Below the pieces are notes generated by a model that saw nothing but the letters and a program-made list of their open reading frames with translations, had not been told where the DNA came from and searched no databases. Positions 52,642 to 62,528 of a DNA stretch of 64,000 bases are shown here, piece after piece (within the stretch, counting starts at the first letter, position 1; every line of letters starts with the position of its first letter). The DNA is from a virus, in the IMG/VR virus record IMGVR_UViG_3300017963_000235, positions 20,682 through 84,681 of that record, one strand, 5' to 3'. Made by a program: the position numbers and the translations under genes.

Positions 52642-54266
52642 GTACCCTACGCCCTGCTAGAGTATATGTACCTAAAGACCTTGAAAAGAAACGTAAGGGG
52701 GCAGATACTGAAGGGAAGGTGGATCAGTGGTATCCAACGGAACCTAGTTTAAAATTTCTACCTAAGGGGCGCAGATCTAAGAAGGAAATACAAGCATGGT
52801 ATGCGGAGACGATTAAGCGGGCTCGTGAGGATGTCAATGCATTTATAGAATTTGTGTTGGATCCCGATGAAGATTGGAAGGCTAGAGGTCATGATTTTGT
52901 TAAGCAGGCGTGGTTTCATAAGGAGCTCCATGAGTTGCTTAATAAATCTATGCTTAATCGTAACGACAGGAGACACAGACATGTAGCTATAGCGCTTCCT
53001 CGTGGTCATGGTAAGACCGCGCAGATCGTAGGCAGGATTCTTTGGGAGCTGGGTAGAAACCCTAATCTAACTATCCGATTAGTGTGTAACACTCCAACTA
53101 CGGCAGAGGAGAGAATAGCGGAGATAAAAGAGCATATAGAATCCAATGGATATTTACACGCGGTGTTCCCTAATTTAGTCCCGGACAAGAGTAAGAAGTG
53201 GGGTAATCAAGAACTTTTTGTGGAGAGGTCTATAATCTCTAAGAGTCCTAGTGTTGGTGGTTATGGTATTCTTGGGAGCAATGTTGGTGGGCGTTGTAGT
53301 TTGTTAATTGGTGATGATGTTGTTGATCCTACTACAGCGTTGTTAAGTCCGGCTATGAGACCCAAGGTTAAGAGGATGTGGCATTCTTCTTTTGAGCCAC
53401 AGTTAACCAAGACCGGGCGTACGTGGTACATCTTTACTCCGTGGCACAAAGACGATCTCTCCCATGAGTTAGTATCTAAAGAGAGATACATTACGTTTAT
53501 GTCGTGCGTTGGGCCTAACATGGAGGCGGTGTGGCCCGAGGGGTTAGATTCTGAAGAGTTAGCAGACAGACGGGAGGCCATGGGGGATATTGAATTTGGT
53601 CGCGCATATTGGTTAGAGGCGGCTAATGAGCAGGGGTCTCCTATTTACGGGGATTGGATTGAGTATTTTGATACATCTAGTGTTAGCCTGGATAGTGTTG
53701 TGTTTGGTTTATCTGTAGATTTAGCGGTCGGGAAATCTACAGGTGATTTCTTTGCTATAACATGGTTTGCAGTAGATAAGATAAAGCAGATTATATACGT
53801 GCTGGGGTATTACAAAGGCCGCATACCATATCCAGAACAACGGGAGGTAGTGCGAAGGTGGAGTAAGCTGCGGAGGCCTAACTGGATTGTTATAGAGACC
53901 GTAGCGTATCAAGAGGTGTTTGCTGACGAGGTAAAGAGTGATCCTGAAATGGGGGAGTTTCGCTCTGCTGTGTGTAAATTTAAGCCTCGTGTATCCAAAC
54001 GGGCAAGGCTTGAGGCTGTATCCCCTTGGGTTAAGAATGGGCATATAAAATTTGCTCGTATATTATCTAATCCAGGAGGGGCGAAACCGGATCTTGTTAG
54101 ACAGATTGTCGATTTTGGTATAGAACCCAATGACGATCTTGCTGATACAGTTACGCAGTTCGCCCTCTATATGCACGATAAACATGGGTTTTGGAAACCT
54201 AAAACAGGGGGTGTCACAGTTCGGGCTGTTGGTAGAAGGCGAGGTAGAAGGCGTAGGTTAACATGA
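52638..54266 (+). CDS. terL: Terminase large subunit
   Basis: LPRGHGKT Walker A, GGR..LLIGDD Walker B, TPWH.DDL, SVDLA, IE..AYQ, NDDLADT nuclease motifs. Confidence 0.93.
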   Translation: MSTLRPARVYVPKDLEKKRKGADTEGKVDQWYPTEPSLKFLPKGRRSKKEIQAWYAETIKRAREDVNAFIEFVLDPDEDWKARGHDFVKQAWFHKELHELLNKSMLNRNDRRHRHVAIALPRGHGKTAQIVGRILWELGRNPNLTIRLVCNTPTTAEERIAEIKEHIESNGYLHAVFPNLVPDKSKKWGNQELFVERSIISKSPSVGGYGILGSNVGGRCSLLIGDDVVDPTTALLSPAMRPKVKRMWHSSFEPQLTKTGRTWYIFTPWHKDDLSHELVSKERYITFMSCVGPNMEAVWPEGLDSEELADRREAMGDIEFGRAYWLEAANEQGSPIYGDWIEYFDTSSVSLDSVVFGLSVDLAVGKSTGDFFAITWFAVDKIKQIIYVLGYYKGRIPYPEQREVVRRWSKLRRPNWIVIETVAYQEVFADEVKSDPEMGEFRSAVCKFKPRVSKRARLEAVSPWVKNGHIKFARILSNPGGAKPDLVRQIVDFGIEPNDDLADTVTQFALYMHDKHGFWKPKTGGVTVRAVGRRRGRRRRLT

Positions 54267-55084
54267 TATTTTTTCAATTAGTGTTGTTGATGGTTCATCC
54301 GTGGCTACATGATTATTCTGAGTGGAAGCATTGGCATACTAAATACGATACGGCGTATGCGGCATCCATAAAGAAACATAGATTAGATAAGAGGGGTGTT
54401 GATGTTCATTTCTACAGGGCTGTAGCTATCATAGAATCCCATCAGACCGAGCGCTTACGAGGTGGATCGGGTAATGCTTTTTGGGGTTTGTTTCAGATTT
54501 CCAAACAGTTAGCTAAGAGATTTAAGACGCCCAGGTATAAGTTACTTAGAGCTAAGGATAATATTGAAGTATTCTCTAGATGGGTTAAGTACATAATAAA
54601 TCACATCGCGCCAAAGACTACGGGAATTCCTTACGGGTTATCTAAGAGAGACTGGTTGGCGTTATTGTATGCAGGTCATAACACAGGACCTACACCCATT
54701 AGGATCTACATTAAGAGTAGGCACAGGTGGAGGAAGATTGGGCGATGGATGGCTAGGGTCAGGAATGAGAGAGACGCTAAGTACAGGTCTTCTTTGTTTC
54801 AGTTATTACCTAGGTTGGTTTTGCTATCCAAGGCGGGGACGCTTAAAGGGGGTCGAGCGGTTGTGTCGTGGTGGTCTAGTAGAGATCGGTACATGATACG
54901 GTGTGGGTACGTGGTTCCTAAGCGGTATAGGTGGAAATCTAGAACGATGTTTTTAGAGCGGTTTCAGAAGAGTAAGGGGTTGCCTGTAACAGGAGTCTGG
55001 GATACAGTTACGGAGGCGGCTATGTTGAGAAGCTGCGGGAGTACCCATGACAGAGAAGCAAGAAAAAAAGACACGGCAGATTAG
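54263..55084 (+). CDS. Lytic transglycosylase (SLT-like) with C-terminal peptidoglycan-binding domain
   Basis: AVAIIES, GLFQI, AGHNTGP; FQKSKGLPVTGVWD..T PG-binding motif. Confidence 0.75.
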   Translation: MIFFQLVLLMVHPWLHDYSEWKHWHTKYDTAYAASIKKHRLDKRGVDVHFYRAVAIIESHQTERLRGGSGNAFWGLFQISKQLAKRFKTPRYKLLRAKDNIEVFSRWVKYIINHIAPKTTGIPYGLSKRDWLALLYAGHNTGPTPIRIYIKSRHRWRKIGRWMARVRNERDAKYRSSLFQLLPRLVLLSKAGTLKGGRAVVSWWSSRDRYMIRCGYVVPKRYRWKSRTMFLERFQKSKGLPVTGVWDTVTEAAMLRSCGSTHDREARKKDTAD

Positions 55085-56855
55085 TAAGGTTGGATCTTCG
55101 GTTAGAGTTAGATTAGTTAAGATGGGGCGGGGGTTTAAAGGGGTGTTGTCCGAGTTATTTAGCGCTAATCAGGGAACGGAGAGTGGGGCAGATGTTATCC
55201 AACCCCCGTATGACCCACTTAATATGTACACCGTATACGAAAACAGTGATCTTTTATTACCTAATATAGAGGCATATTCGGCCAATGTTGATGGGTTCGG
55301 TTTCAGGTTAGTGTCTAGGGTGGGGCTACAGAGTGAGGATGCGTCTGATAGAATCCGTGAGGCCATGTTTGAGGCGGAGGTATTATCGGGGAGTTCGGAT
55401 AGTCTCAGGTGGAGTACGCCAGAGGAGATTACAGAAGAGGAAGTAGCGGCGGAATTAAAGAAGCGAAAAACTCAGGATACGATAGAGCGAATACGGGCTA
55501 GTAATTTCTTTGAGAACATAGTTAGACGTGGGGGTTTCGAGGGTTTACGTTCTGATTCAAGAGTGGACGTAGAGGTTACTGGTAACGGGTACTGGGAGAT
55601 GCTTAGGAACGAGTCGGGTAAACTGGTTGATTTAGGGTATCTACCATCGGCTAGAATGGCGCTTAGGAAGCTGTCTAAAAAGGAGTATCCAATAACGGTG
55701 TACACACGTAGAGGTGCCTTTGAGGTTGTTAAGACTACAACTAAAAGACGGGTCAGGTCTTATGTGCTGGATCCTGGGAATGACCAGGCTAAGACGTATT
55801 ACAAGGAGGTTGGGTGTGCAGCTCTGCTGGGTAAAACTACCGGTATATGGTGGGCGACGGAGGCGGATTACGAGGAGTGGAAGAAGAAAAATGGGAAGAA
55901 TGGAGAAGAGGAAACCTTAGCTAATGAGGTGATTCATTTTAGGACGCGAGGCAATTCGCAGGTGGCCTACGGTATCCCTAGGTGGGTAGGTACTACCCCG
56001 GATGTCATGGGTAATCGATCCGCTTCTGAATATAATAATAGTAAGTTCACTAATGGTATGATGTCTCCTAAGGCCGTTCTGGTTAATGGAGGTATGTTGG
56101 GGGATGAGACAGTAGCCGCATTGGAGGATATATTCGATGAGGGTAAAGGGTTGGAGGGGGCTCATAATTTTCTCATTATCGAGGCTAGTAAGAGTGGGGA
56201 TGGGGATGTTAATCCCAAGATAGAAATACAGGATTTGGTGAAAGAGGATACAGACGGATCTTATAAAGAGTACATGAAGCTCAACGAGGAGAAGGTGGGA
56301 TCTCAGTTTAGGATACCTAAGATTGTGCGCGGAGTTACCGAGGGTACGTATAACCGTGCTACAGCGGAGGCTGCTTTAGAGCAAGCGGATGCGCAGGTGT
56401 TTACCCCCTTACGTAATGCCTTTGATAGAGATATCGATACCTTAATTCTACCTGAGTTAGGGGTTAGTTTGTTGTCTTTCCAATCTAACGGGTACAGTAC
56501 TAGCGATTCTAAGACACGAGGAGAGTTAGTTACCGAGATGGTTAAGGAAGGAATTTTAGTTCCGGCTGAGGCAAGAGAGGTAGCAGAGGATATATTTGAT
56601 AGGGAGTTCCCAAACATAGACGCGATGTGGGCTACTACTCCTACTACTATGTATCAGTACTTAGCTCTTAATGGGGATTTCTCGGGGGTAGGTGTTGGGG
56701 GTGGCGAGGATGATGGGACTAAACAGGTGTCTTCTGCATTACGGGAAGAGGTGCAGGGGATTCTAAATGCGGCTAGAAGTCAAGTAGTCACGGCTATAGG
56801 CGAAGAAGCATTAGAATTATCTGGAGAGACAGATGATAAGACAGACGAAGATTGA
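55047..56855 (+). CDS. Portal protein (PBSX-like)
   Basis: IQPPYDP, TGNGYWEM.RN, NEVIHF, YGIPRW, YNRATA. Confidence 0.9.
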   Translation: MTEKQEKKTRQISKVGSSVRVRLVKMGRGFKGVLSELFSANQGTESGADVIQPPYDPLNMYTVYENSDLLLPNIEAYSANVDGFGFRLVSRVGLQSEDASDRIREAMFEAEVLSGSSDSLRWSTPEEITEEEVAAELKKRKTQDTIERIRASNFFENIVRRGGFEGLRSDSRVDVEVTGNGYWEMLRNESGKLVDLGYLPSARMALRKLSKKEYPITVYTRRGAFEVVKTTTKRRVRSYVLDPGNDQAKTYYKEVGCAALLGKTTGIWWATEADYEEWKKKNGKNGEEETLANEVIHFRTRGNSQVAYGIPRWVGTTPDVMGNRSASEYNNSKFTNGMMSPKAVLVNGGMLGDETVAALEDIFDEGKGLEGAHNFLIIEASKSGDGDVNPKIEIQDLVKEDTDGSYKEYMKLNEEKVGSQFRIPKIVRGVTEGTYNRATAEAALEQADAQVFTPLRNAFDRDIDTLILPELGVSLLSFQSNGYSTSDSKTRGELVTEMVKEGILVPAEAREVAEDIFDREFPNIDAMWATTPTTMYQYLALNGDFSGVGVGGGEDDGTKQVSSALREEVQGILNAARSQVVTAIGEEALELSGETDDKTDED

Positions 56856-58158
56856 TGGGGTTTGGTACGCTCTAATACCTGGCTGGTTTGGGGAAGTTCC
56901 GGAGCAGATTTTACCATATGTAATTAGGGGTTCAGGTAGTGTGGGGGATGGATCCTATATGGTGGAGAAATCGGGGGAGCATTATGGACCCTATTCGGAT
57001 GGGGATGATGCGGCTATTCAAGCTATTTGGTTAACTAAGGATGATGGTGAAGCTGTCATTAGTCAGTGTCTACTCAGGGGCGACAATGTTAAGTTATACC
57101 GGGCTCTTTCTAGAGTGGATCATAGAGGTGAGTTAGAGTCTCTTGTGGATCGTATGGTGAATTGCGAGGAGTATCTAATTAACTTGGGGTATATTGAGAA
57201 GGCTATAGATCCGAATACCCCCGAGGGGCTAGAGACCTATGTTGTTAAACTGAATGATGATTGGGATGAGACTTTAGATCCTATAGAGGAGGAGTATGTT
57301 GAGTTCTATTCTACATTCATAGAGGAGGGGGATTGGGAGGACATGACGGAGGAGGAGGTAGAGAGGGCGTTTGGTCAGGCGGGTATGTGGATACCCCCCA
57401 GGACAGCAGAGGCCATAGTGCAAATGAGTCAACAGGGGTTTGATCGTAGTATTGAAATCTCTGAGGATATTCGTAAAGGGCAGGTGGATGAGGGGCTTGA
57501 GATAAGTACATCTTTATCTTTGGAGGATACCAATACGGTAAGGCTTCTAAATCAGAATGCGGCAAAGCTAATGCCTGAGTCATTCCGTAAATGGTCTGCG
57601 GATATTGCGGATAAGATGTGGAATTCTTTGGTTAAAGGTGTGGAGCAGGGATTACCACTTAGTGAGATAACTGATGAGATTGTTAAACAGCTTCCAGATG
57701 GTGTGCATAAGCGTCAGAAACAGTGGACTAGTGTAGCTGCTCATAGTGCTATAGGAAGGGCTAGATCTTTCAGTTTGCTGAGTTCTTATAGGGACGGTGG
57801 ACTTAGGGAGATTATCTACAGGTCAGTATTAGATGAGGTCACAACACCTACGTGTGTGTTTTTGGACGGTAAAGTAATTGAGGTAGAGCAGGCGTTTAAC
57901 TACCATAAAGATAGTTTGGAGTCCGATAAAGGGGATTTGATAGAGGATTTTCCTTGGGTCCAGATAAAGAAACCCGCCAAGGAAGGTACCTTGTTGGTGG
58001 TGACTAAGGGTGGGGAGGATATTGTATTAGCACAGGAGCTCCCTGGGGGTGAGATGGAGTGGACAGATAATATGAGTATGAGGGAGGCGACCGCCTTAGG
58101 GGTGCATCCGCCAACACATCCAAGATGTCGTAGCACAACGGTATCTAGGTTGGTGTAA
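56833..58158 (+). CDS. Minor head protein (Mu gpF/SPP1 gp7-like)
   Basis: SVLDEVTT..C..LDGK and PP.HPRCRS motifs. Confidence 0.85.
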   Translation: MIRQTKIDGVWYALIPGWFGEVPEQILPYVIRGSGSVGDGSYMVEKSGEHYGPYSDGDDAAIQAIWLTKDDGEAVISQCLLRGDNVKLYRALSRVDHRGELESLVDRMVNCEEYLINLGYIEKAIDPNTPEGLETYVVKLNDDWDETLDPIEEEYVEFYSTFIEEGDWEDMTEEEVERAFGQAGMWIPPRTAEAIVQMSQQGFDRSIEISEDIRKGQVDEGLEISTSLSLEDTNTVRLLNQNAAKLMPESFRKWSADIADKMWNSLVKGVEQGLPLSEITDEIVKQLPDGVHKRQKQWTSVAAHSAIGRARSFSLLSSYRDGGLREIIYRSVLDEVTTPTCVFLDGKVIEVEQAFNYHKDSLESDKGDLIEDFPWVQIKKPAKEGTLLVVTKGGEDIVLAQELPGGEMEWTDNMSMREATALGVHPPTHPRCRSTTVSRLV

Positions 58159-58259
58159 TTTGACGATATAGTATAGAGTTGCTATTCCATAAGTAGGAGT
58201 TAGTTATGGATAAGATGAAACAATTGCGTAAAGAATATACCGAGAAAGAGGAGTAAACG

Positions 58260-59837
58260 ATGTTTAAGATACTTAAAGATAAAGCGGGTAAGGTTAATGT
58301 TCTGAAGTCTATACTTCCGGAGCATTTAGTATTTGTGGATTTGTTTGCTTCTGTGTCTGGGTTTGCGGTGGAGAAGAGAGATAGAAGTAGTTTGACTGTG
58401 GTAAATGATTCCTCTGAGGATTTCTACCAGCAGGTTAAACTGTTATCGGAGATTGGGGAGGTCCCTAGTGAGAAGGCATATAAGCAGACTGATTTGGATG
58501 AGGTAACTAAACAGTTTGTAGAGAAGCGGGTGGAGATTGTGAAGGCCTTGAGCTGTGATCTTCAGACTGCTGCGGATCGTTGTCAGGGCTTCAAGGCTGT
58601 CACAATGGATCCTATTGAGGTCTTTGGGGAGTATGACTCTAAGTATACATTTACTGTGGCGGAGCCTTCTGAGGGGTATGAGAATGTTAGTAAATTAGCA
58701 GAGACTCTTATTAAGAGTGATGGAAAGTTTATGCTGATCCTTCCTGGTGATCATGAGATGACTAAGGTTTTGAAGTCTTCTGTAGATAATGTGCAATTTG
58801 ATGATCAGGTAGTGTTCTATAATTATGATTGTGACACTACCCATATCGAGAAGAGAACGGAGATACACAAACTCTACCGGGTAGAGAGTCAGGTACGTAA
58901 GCTCCGCAAAGAGAAGGAGCTTGTTACCAAAGAGGCTACATGGACCTTCCCATCGTGGGCTACTAACCTTGGAGAGTTCTGGTGGACCTTTGAGGAGCAG
59001 GGTATAGAGAAGGTTATGGAGAGTGTGGAGGCGTCCTTAAACGCTCGGGGTGATGAGGGTATGTGGGAGGTTGATTGGTGGGGTACGTGGGTAGAAACTA
59101 TTAACAACGGAGCATCTACATGGAATGTATGGGCGGATTTGTTTGATAGTAATGGTGGATGGGTGAAATCGGAGCAGGGTACTGTAGAGGTTCCGTGGTC
59201 TGTAGAGAACGATGAGATAGCCTATGGGGAGTCGGAGACTGTTTACCCTGCTTACGTATACCTGAAGGAGGGTGAGCGTAAGGAGGTATGGGTAGACGGT
59301 GGTGAGGTACATGAGCAGGCGGCAGGTGGGGCTCCTGAAGGTGGGGAAGATGATGAAGGCGGAGAATCTAAAGAGGATAAGGCCGCTGGTAAATCCGGCG
59401 ATCAAAAAAAAAAGACTAAGATAAAGAAGTTTGCGAATTACAAAGTATTAAAGGCGGATGAGGGCGAGGATAATCCAATAGTTTTTGGGGTAGTGTTAGA
59501 GCCCAATGATGGGAAGGATGGGGCGAATTTTGATCCTGATGCCCAAGGGGAGGTGTATAGTGCTGAAGAGGTGGAGAAGTCGGCTCATAAATTCTTGTCC
59601 GAATTTGCCAACTTGGGTGTGATGCATGAGAGTTTAACAGGTAATTTTAGGGTTAAACTTCTTGAGTGTTACACGGCTCCTGTGGAGTTTACTCTTGGGG
59701 AAGAGATTGTACAAAAAGGGACGTGGTTAATTAAGGCGGAAGTGGTTGATCCTATTCTAGCTAAAGCGGTTAGGGATGGGGAGTTAACGGGTTGGAGTAT
59801 TGGTGGTTGGGTTAGTGCAGAGCCTTATGTTGAATAG
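58260..59837 (+). CDS. Fusion: degenerate Dam-like MTase domain + Trp-rich domain + XkdF-like prohead protease
   Basis: N-terminal LPEH..FVDLFA, VVND, YDSKYTF, GKFML; C-terminal IVFGVVLEP, DAQGE, AHKFL, MH, KGTW, GELTGWSIGG. Confidence 0.8.
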   Translation: MFKILKDKAGKVNVLKSILPEHLVFVDLFASVSGFAVEKRDRSSLTVVNDSSEDFYQQVKLLSEIGEVPSEKAYKQTDLDEVTKQFVEKRVEIVKALSCDLQTAADRCQGFKAVTMDPIEVFGEYDSKYTFTVAEPSEGYENVSKLAETLIKSDGKFMLILPGDHEMTKVLKSSVDNVQFDDQVVFYNYDCDTTHIEKRTEIHKLYRVESQVRKLRKEKELVTKEATWTFPSWATNLGEFWWTFEEQGIEKVMESVEASLNARGDEGMWEVDWWGTWVETINNGASTWNVWADLFDSNGGWVKSEQGTVEVPWSVENDEIAYGESETVYPAYVYLKEGERKEVWVDGGEVHEQAAGGAPEGGEDDEGGESKEDKAAGKSGDQKKKTKIKKFANYKVLKADEGEDNPIVFGVVLEPNDGKDGANFDPDAQGEVYSAEEVEKSAHKFLSEFANLGVMHESLTGNFRVKLLECYTAPVEFTLGEEIVQKGTWLIKAEVVDPILAKAVRDGELTGWSIGGWVSAEPYVE

Positions 59838-59843
59838 GGTGTT

Positions 59844-59872
59844 TGACCTCATTTTAATAGATTGATATAACA
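59844..59872 (+). promoter_or_regulatory. Promoter before scaffold/capsid genes
   Basis: TTGACC-17 nt-TATAAC, then AGGAG RBS. Confidence 0.45.
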
Positions 59873-59889
59873 TATTTAGGAGATCACAG

Positions 59890-60498
59890 ATGAATGATTT
59901 TTCAGACAAAGTACGCAAGACAGAGACAGACATAGTACGTTTGACTGATATAGAAACTCAAGAAGTGTCTCTTGTAACTGTTCCTGCAAATAAACGAAGA
60001 TGGTTATCAGTAAAGGATGAGAAGGTTATGGACGCATTGAAAACATTGATCGCAGCTAAAGACGGAGATAACAACGCACGCCTTGAGGTTATTAAGGGGT
60101 GGAAGGAGAAGGCTGATGAGGATCAGATGGTAGAGATTCTGAAGACTCTCCTTCTCGGTCTCTCTGACGAGACGTTAGAGAAGCTCGGTCTTAAGCGTAT
60201 GGAGGAGGAGCCCGAGGAGGGTGCTGGAGAAGGTGCTGGAGAGGGTGATGACGTCACCAAAGATGGTGATGATCTCTCTGAGATGGATCAGCTCAAGGAG
60301 CAGATTGCTGCTCTCCAGGCTAGTGTTGAATCCATGAAGGGTGTCAAAGTGGATAAGTCTAAGGGCGGATCTGAACCCGAGAAAGTGACCCCTAGTACTA
60401 AGGGTAATCCTCCCTCTACATCATCTCAGACTGATTTCCAAGATGGTACTAAACCTACCACTAAGTATGTTGGTGGGCGTCTCCTCCCTAAAGAGTAG
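59890..60498 (+). CDS. Capsid scaffold protein (with XkdF-type N-terminal segment)
   Basis: EVSLV..PAN.RRW motif, acidic coiled coil, precedes the MCP. Confidence 0.7.
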   Translation: MNDFSDKVRKTETDIVRLTDIETQEVSLVTVPANKRRWLSVKDEKVMDALKTLIAAKDGDNNARLEVIKGWKEKADEDQMVEILKTLLLGLSDETLEKLGLKRMEEEPEEGAGEGAGEGDDVTKDGDDLSEMDQLKEQIAALQASVESMKGVKVDKSKGGSEPEKVTPSTKGNPPSTSSQTDFQDGTKPTTKYVGGRLLPKE

Positions 60499-60545
60499 AC
60501 TTGTTGAAATAGATTGACTAACTATCCGATTAAGGAGAGAGAAGA

Positions 60546-61478
60546 ATGAATACCAATGATAAGTTGATTAGAGAAAAACTGGATATGTTCACCAGCGATC
60601 TTAACGGAGGCCTGTTACAGGGTACTCAGGCAAGAGAGTTTTTCCAAAGGGCGATTAAGGGTAATGTGCTTCTGCCCATTATCAGGACTGAGACTGTCCC
60701 TGAGGGTGGTGAGCATTCTATGCCTCGTATCCTTTTCCCTAACCGCATTCTCCACGCAGCTACTGAGGGTCAGGCTCTTCCAGAGGCTAAGAGAGCTGTG
60801 CCTGTTATTGATGATATTAAGCTCAAGACCTACGAGTTTATTGCTCACACTCGTGTGACCAAGAAAACTCTCATGCGCAACATCGAGCAGGATCGTTTTA
60901 AGCAGACCCTTATGGACATTATCGGCAAGGCTGTCGGTCGTGACATGGAGGAGATTGCTCTTAACGGCGATACTACCTCTGCTGATCCAGATCTCAAACT
61001 CTTCGATGGTATGCGTAAGCTTGCCGGTAACACTGTGGATCACAGCGCAGTTAAATTTGGTTCTGCCACCATGTCAGAGATGATTGGTGTTCTTCCTGTC
61101 CAGTTCCTTCAGAAGCGCGATCAGATGGGGTTCTTCCCCTCTGGGCATTCTGAGGAGTACTATCGTCAGGAGCTCGCCGGTCGTGCTACTGGTATGGGTG
61201 ATGCCAACCAGGCCAATAAACTGGAGCTTATGTATAGCGGCTCTATGGTCCGTGGCGTTCCTCAGATGCCTGAGAACCTTTCCATCCCCCCGAACACCAC
61301 TACCGAGGCTCTTCTGCTCAATCCTGATAATGCTATTCTTGGTATTGAGGAGAGGATTGAGATGGAGACCTTCTATGATATCCGTAACCGTGTGTTAGAT
61401 ATCGTAACTACCGTTTGGTTTGGTTTTGCTTATGAGGAGCCTGAGGCGGTTGTTCGTGGATATAACCTCTTAGCGTAG
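60546..61478 (+). CDS. Major capsid protein (HK97 fold, P2/XkdG-like)
   Basis: GGLL...QA..F, NIE...F, RDMEE...NGDT, DG..K, LL.NP.N, EE.EAVV; highly biased codon usage. Confidence 0.9.
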   Translation: MNTNDKLIREKLDMFTSDLNGGLLQGTQAREFFQRAIKGNVLLPIIRTETVPEGGEHSMPRILFPNRILHAATEGQALPEAKRAVPVIDDIKLKTYEFIAHTRVTKKTLMRNIEQDRFKQTLMDIIGKAVGRDMEEIALNGDTTSADPDLKLFDGMRKLAGNTVDHSAVKFGSATMSEMIGVLPVQFLQKRDQMGFFPSGHSEEYYRQELAGRATGMGDANQANKLELMYSGSMVRGVPQMPENLSIPPNTTTEALLLNPDNAILGIEERIEMETFYDIRNRVLDIVTTVWFGFAYEEPEAVVRGYNLLA

Positions 61479-61528
61479 TACCTTCGTGGTATTGAGAGAT
61501 AAACTAATAGATTACCTGGAGGTAACCG

Positions 61529-61870
61529 ATGACTTTAGCTATTGACACTTCTAAGCAACTTGGCTTGAAAACCTTTGAGACTTCCGAGGCTGTGGAGATC
61601 TTCCTTGATACTACCACAGCGTACCCAACTGGTGGTTGGCCTCTTGCTGACGTTGAGTTATTCGACGATCAGCCGGGATATAATTACATGCTGTGTGATA
61701 ATGTCCTTGACGCCACCACTCCTAACACTGCTCTTGTAGCTAAGATCCGTAATGATAGTGGCACTAAGTATCTGCAACTCTTCCAGCTCTCCGATGGTGC
61801 TGAGGTGGGGAATGCTACTGATGTGGTCTTGGTTGCTGGTCGTGAGCGTCTGACTCTTATCCGCTGGTAG
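61529..61870 (+). CDS. Putative head decoration/cement protein
   Basis: Follows the MCP, GGAGG RBS, AYPTGG motif, MCP-like codon bias. Confidence 0.55.
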   Translation: MTLAIDTSKQLGLKTFETSEAVEIFLDTTTAYPTGGWPLADVELFDDQPGYNYMLCDNVLDATTPNTALVAKIRNDSGTKYLQLFQLSDGAEVGNATDVVLVAGRERLTLIRW

Positions 61871-61909
61871 ATTTTACACACCCCATACAGAAGAGAAAGG
61901 AATTGAGAG

Positions 61910-62449
61910 ATGCAATTTGAATTTCAGTTGCGCGGTAAGCACCGTGTAGTCATGCCTAACGGCGAGCGTAAGACATTTACTAAGGGAGACAAGGTAGATA
62001 CTACGGACATTAACGAGGCTGAGTTTTACACATCCTTGGAGGATTCGTTTAAGCGAATGATGTTCAAGGTAGTAAAGAAGGCCGCTCCTCCTATGAAGCC
62101 TGTACAGCAGCAGATGGAAGAGAACATGCGATCCTCCTTTGAGGAGGGCAAGGAATCCGCTGTTAAGGCCCGTGCTGAAGCTATGGCTAGTGTACAGGAT
62201 AGCATCGAGGCTAACCGCAAGCTGGTAGAGAAGGGCAAGAACCCTAAAGCCTATGCTCCTGAGCCTACGGAGGATGAGTTTGGACCTCTGAAAGGTACCG
62301 AGGCTTACAAGAAGCTCAAGCAAGGCGAGAAGATTAGACTTGGAACCCAACGTAAGGAACGGGACAAGGAGCTAGCAGAGCAGGGCAAGAGCGACGAGGA
62401 AGCCGCACCCCCTGTAGATGGTCCCTCTTTAGCAGACCTAGACGACTAG
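61910..62449 (+). CDS. Hypothetical protein
   Basis: AAAGGA RBS; last gene of the head operon. Confidence 0.65.
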   Translation: MQFEFQLRGKHRVVMPNGERKTFTKGDKVDTTDINEAEFYTSLEDSFKRMMFKVVKKAAPPMKPVQQQMEENMRSSFEEGKESAVKARAEAMASVQDSIEANRKLVEKGKNPKAYAPEPTEDEFGPLKGTEAYKKLKQGEKIRLGTQRKERDKELAEQGKSDEEAAPPVDGPSLADLDD

Positions 62450-62462
62450 ACCCCCTTAATCT

Positions 62463-62491
62463 TTGACAACACACAGGGGATCCCATAGGAT
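62463..62491 (+). promoter_or_regulatory. Promoter with ACAGGGGATCC spacer motif
   Basis: TTGACA-17 nt-TAGGAT; spacer motif shared with 4152-4180. Confidence 0.55.
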
Positions 62492-62528
62492 ACTACTAAG
62501 TGTCTTAACCGGGCATCTTACTAATTTG

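Noticed and set aside
36876-54266. Inteins or group I introns in polA, helicase or terminase
   Set aside because: Catalytic motifs are normally spaced; no C...HN splice motifs or LAGLIDADG segments.
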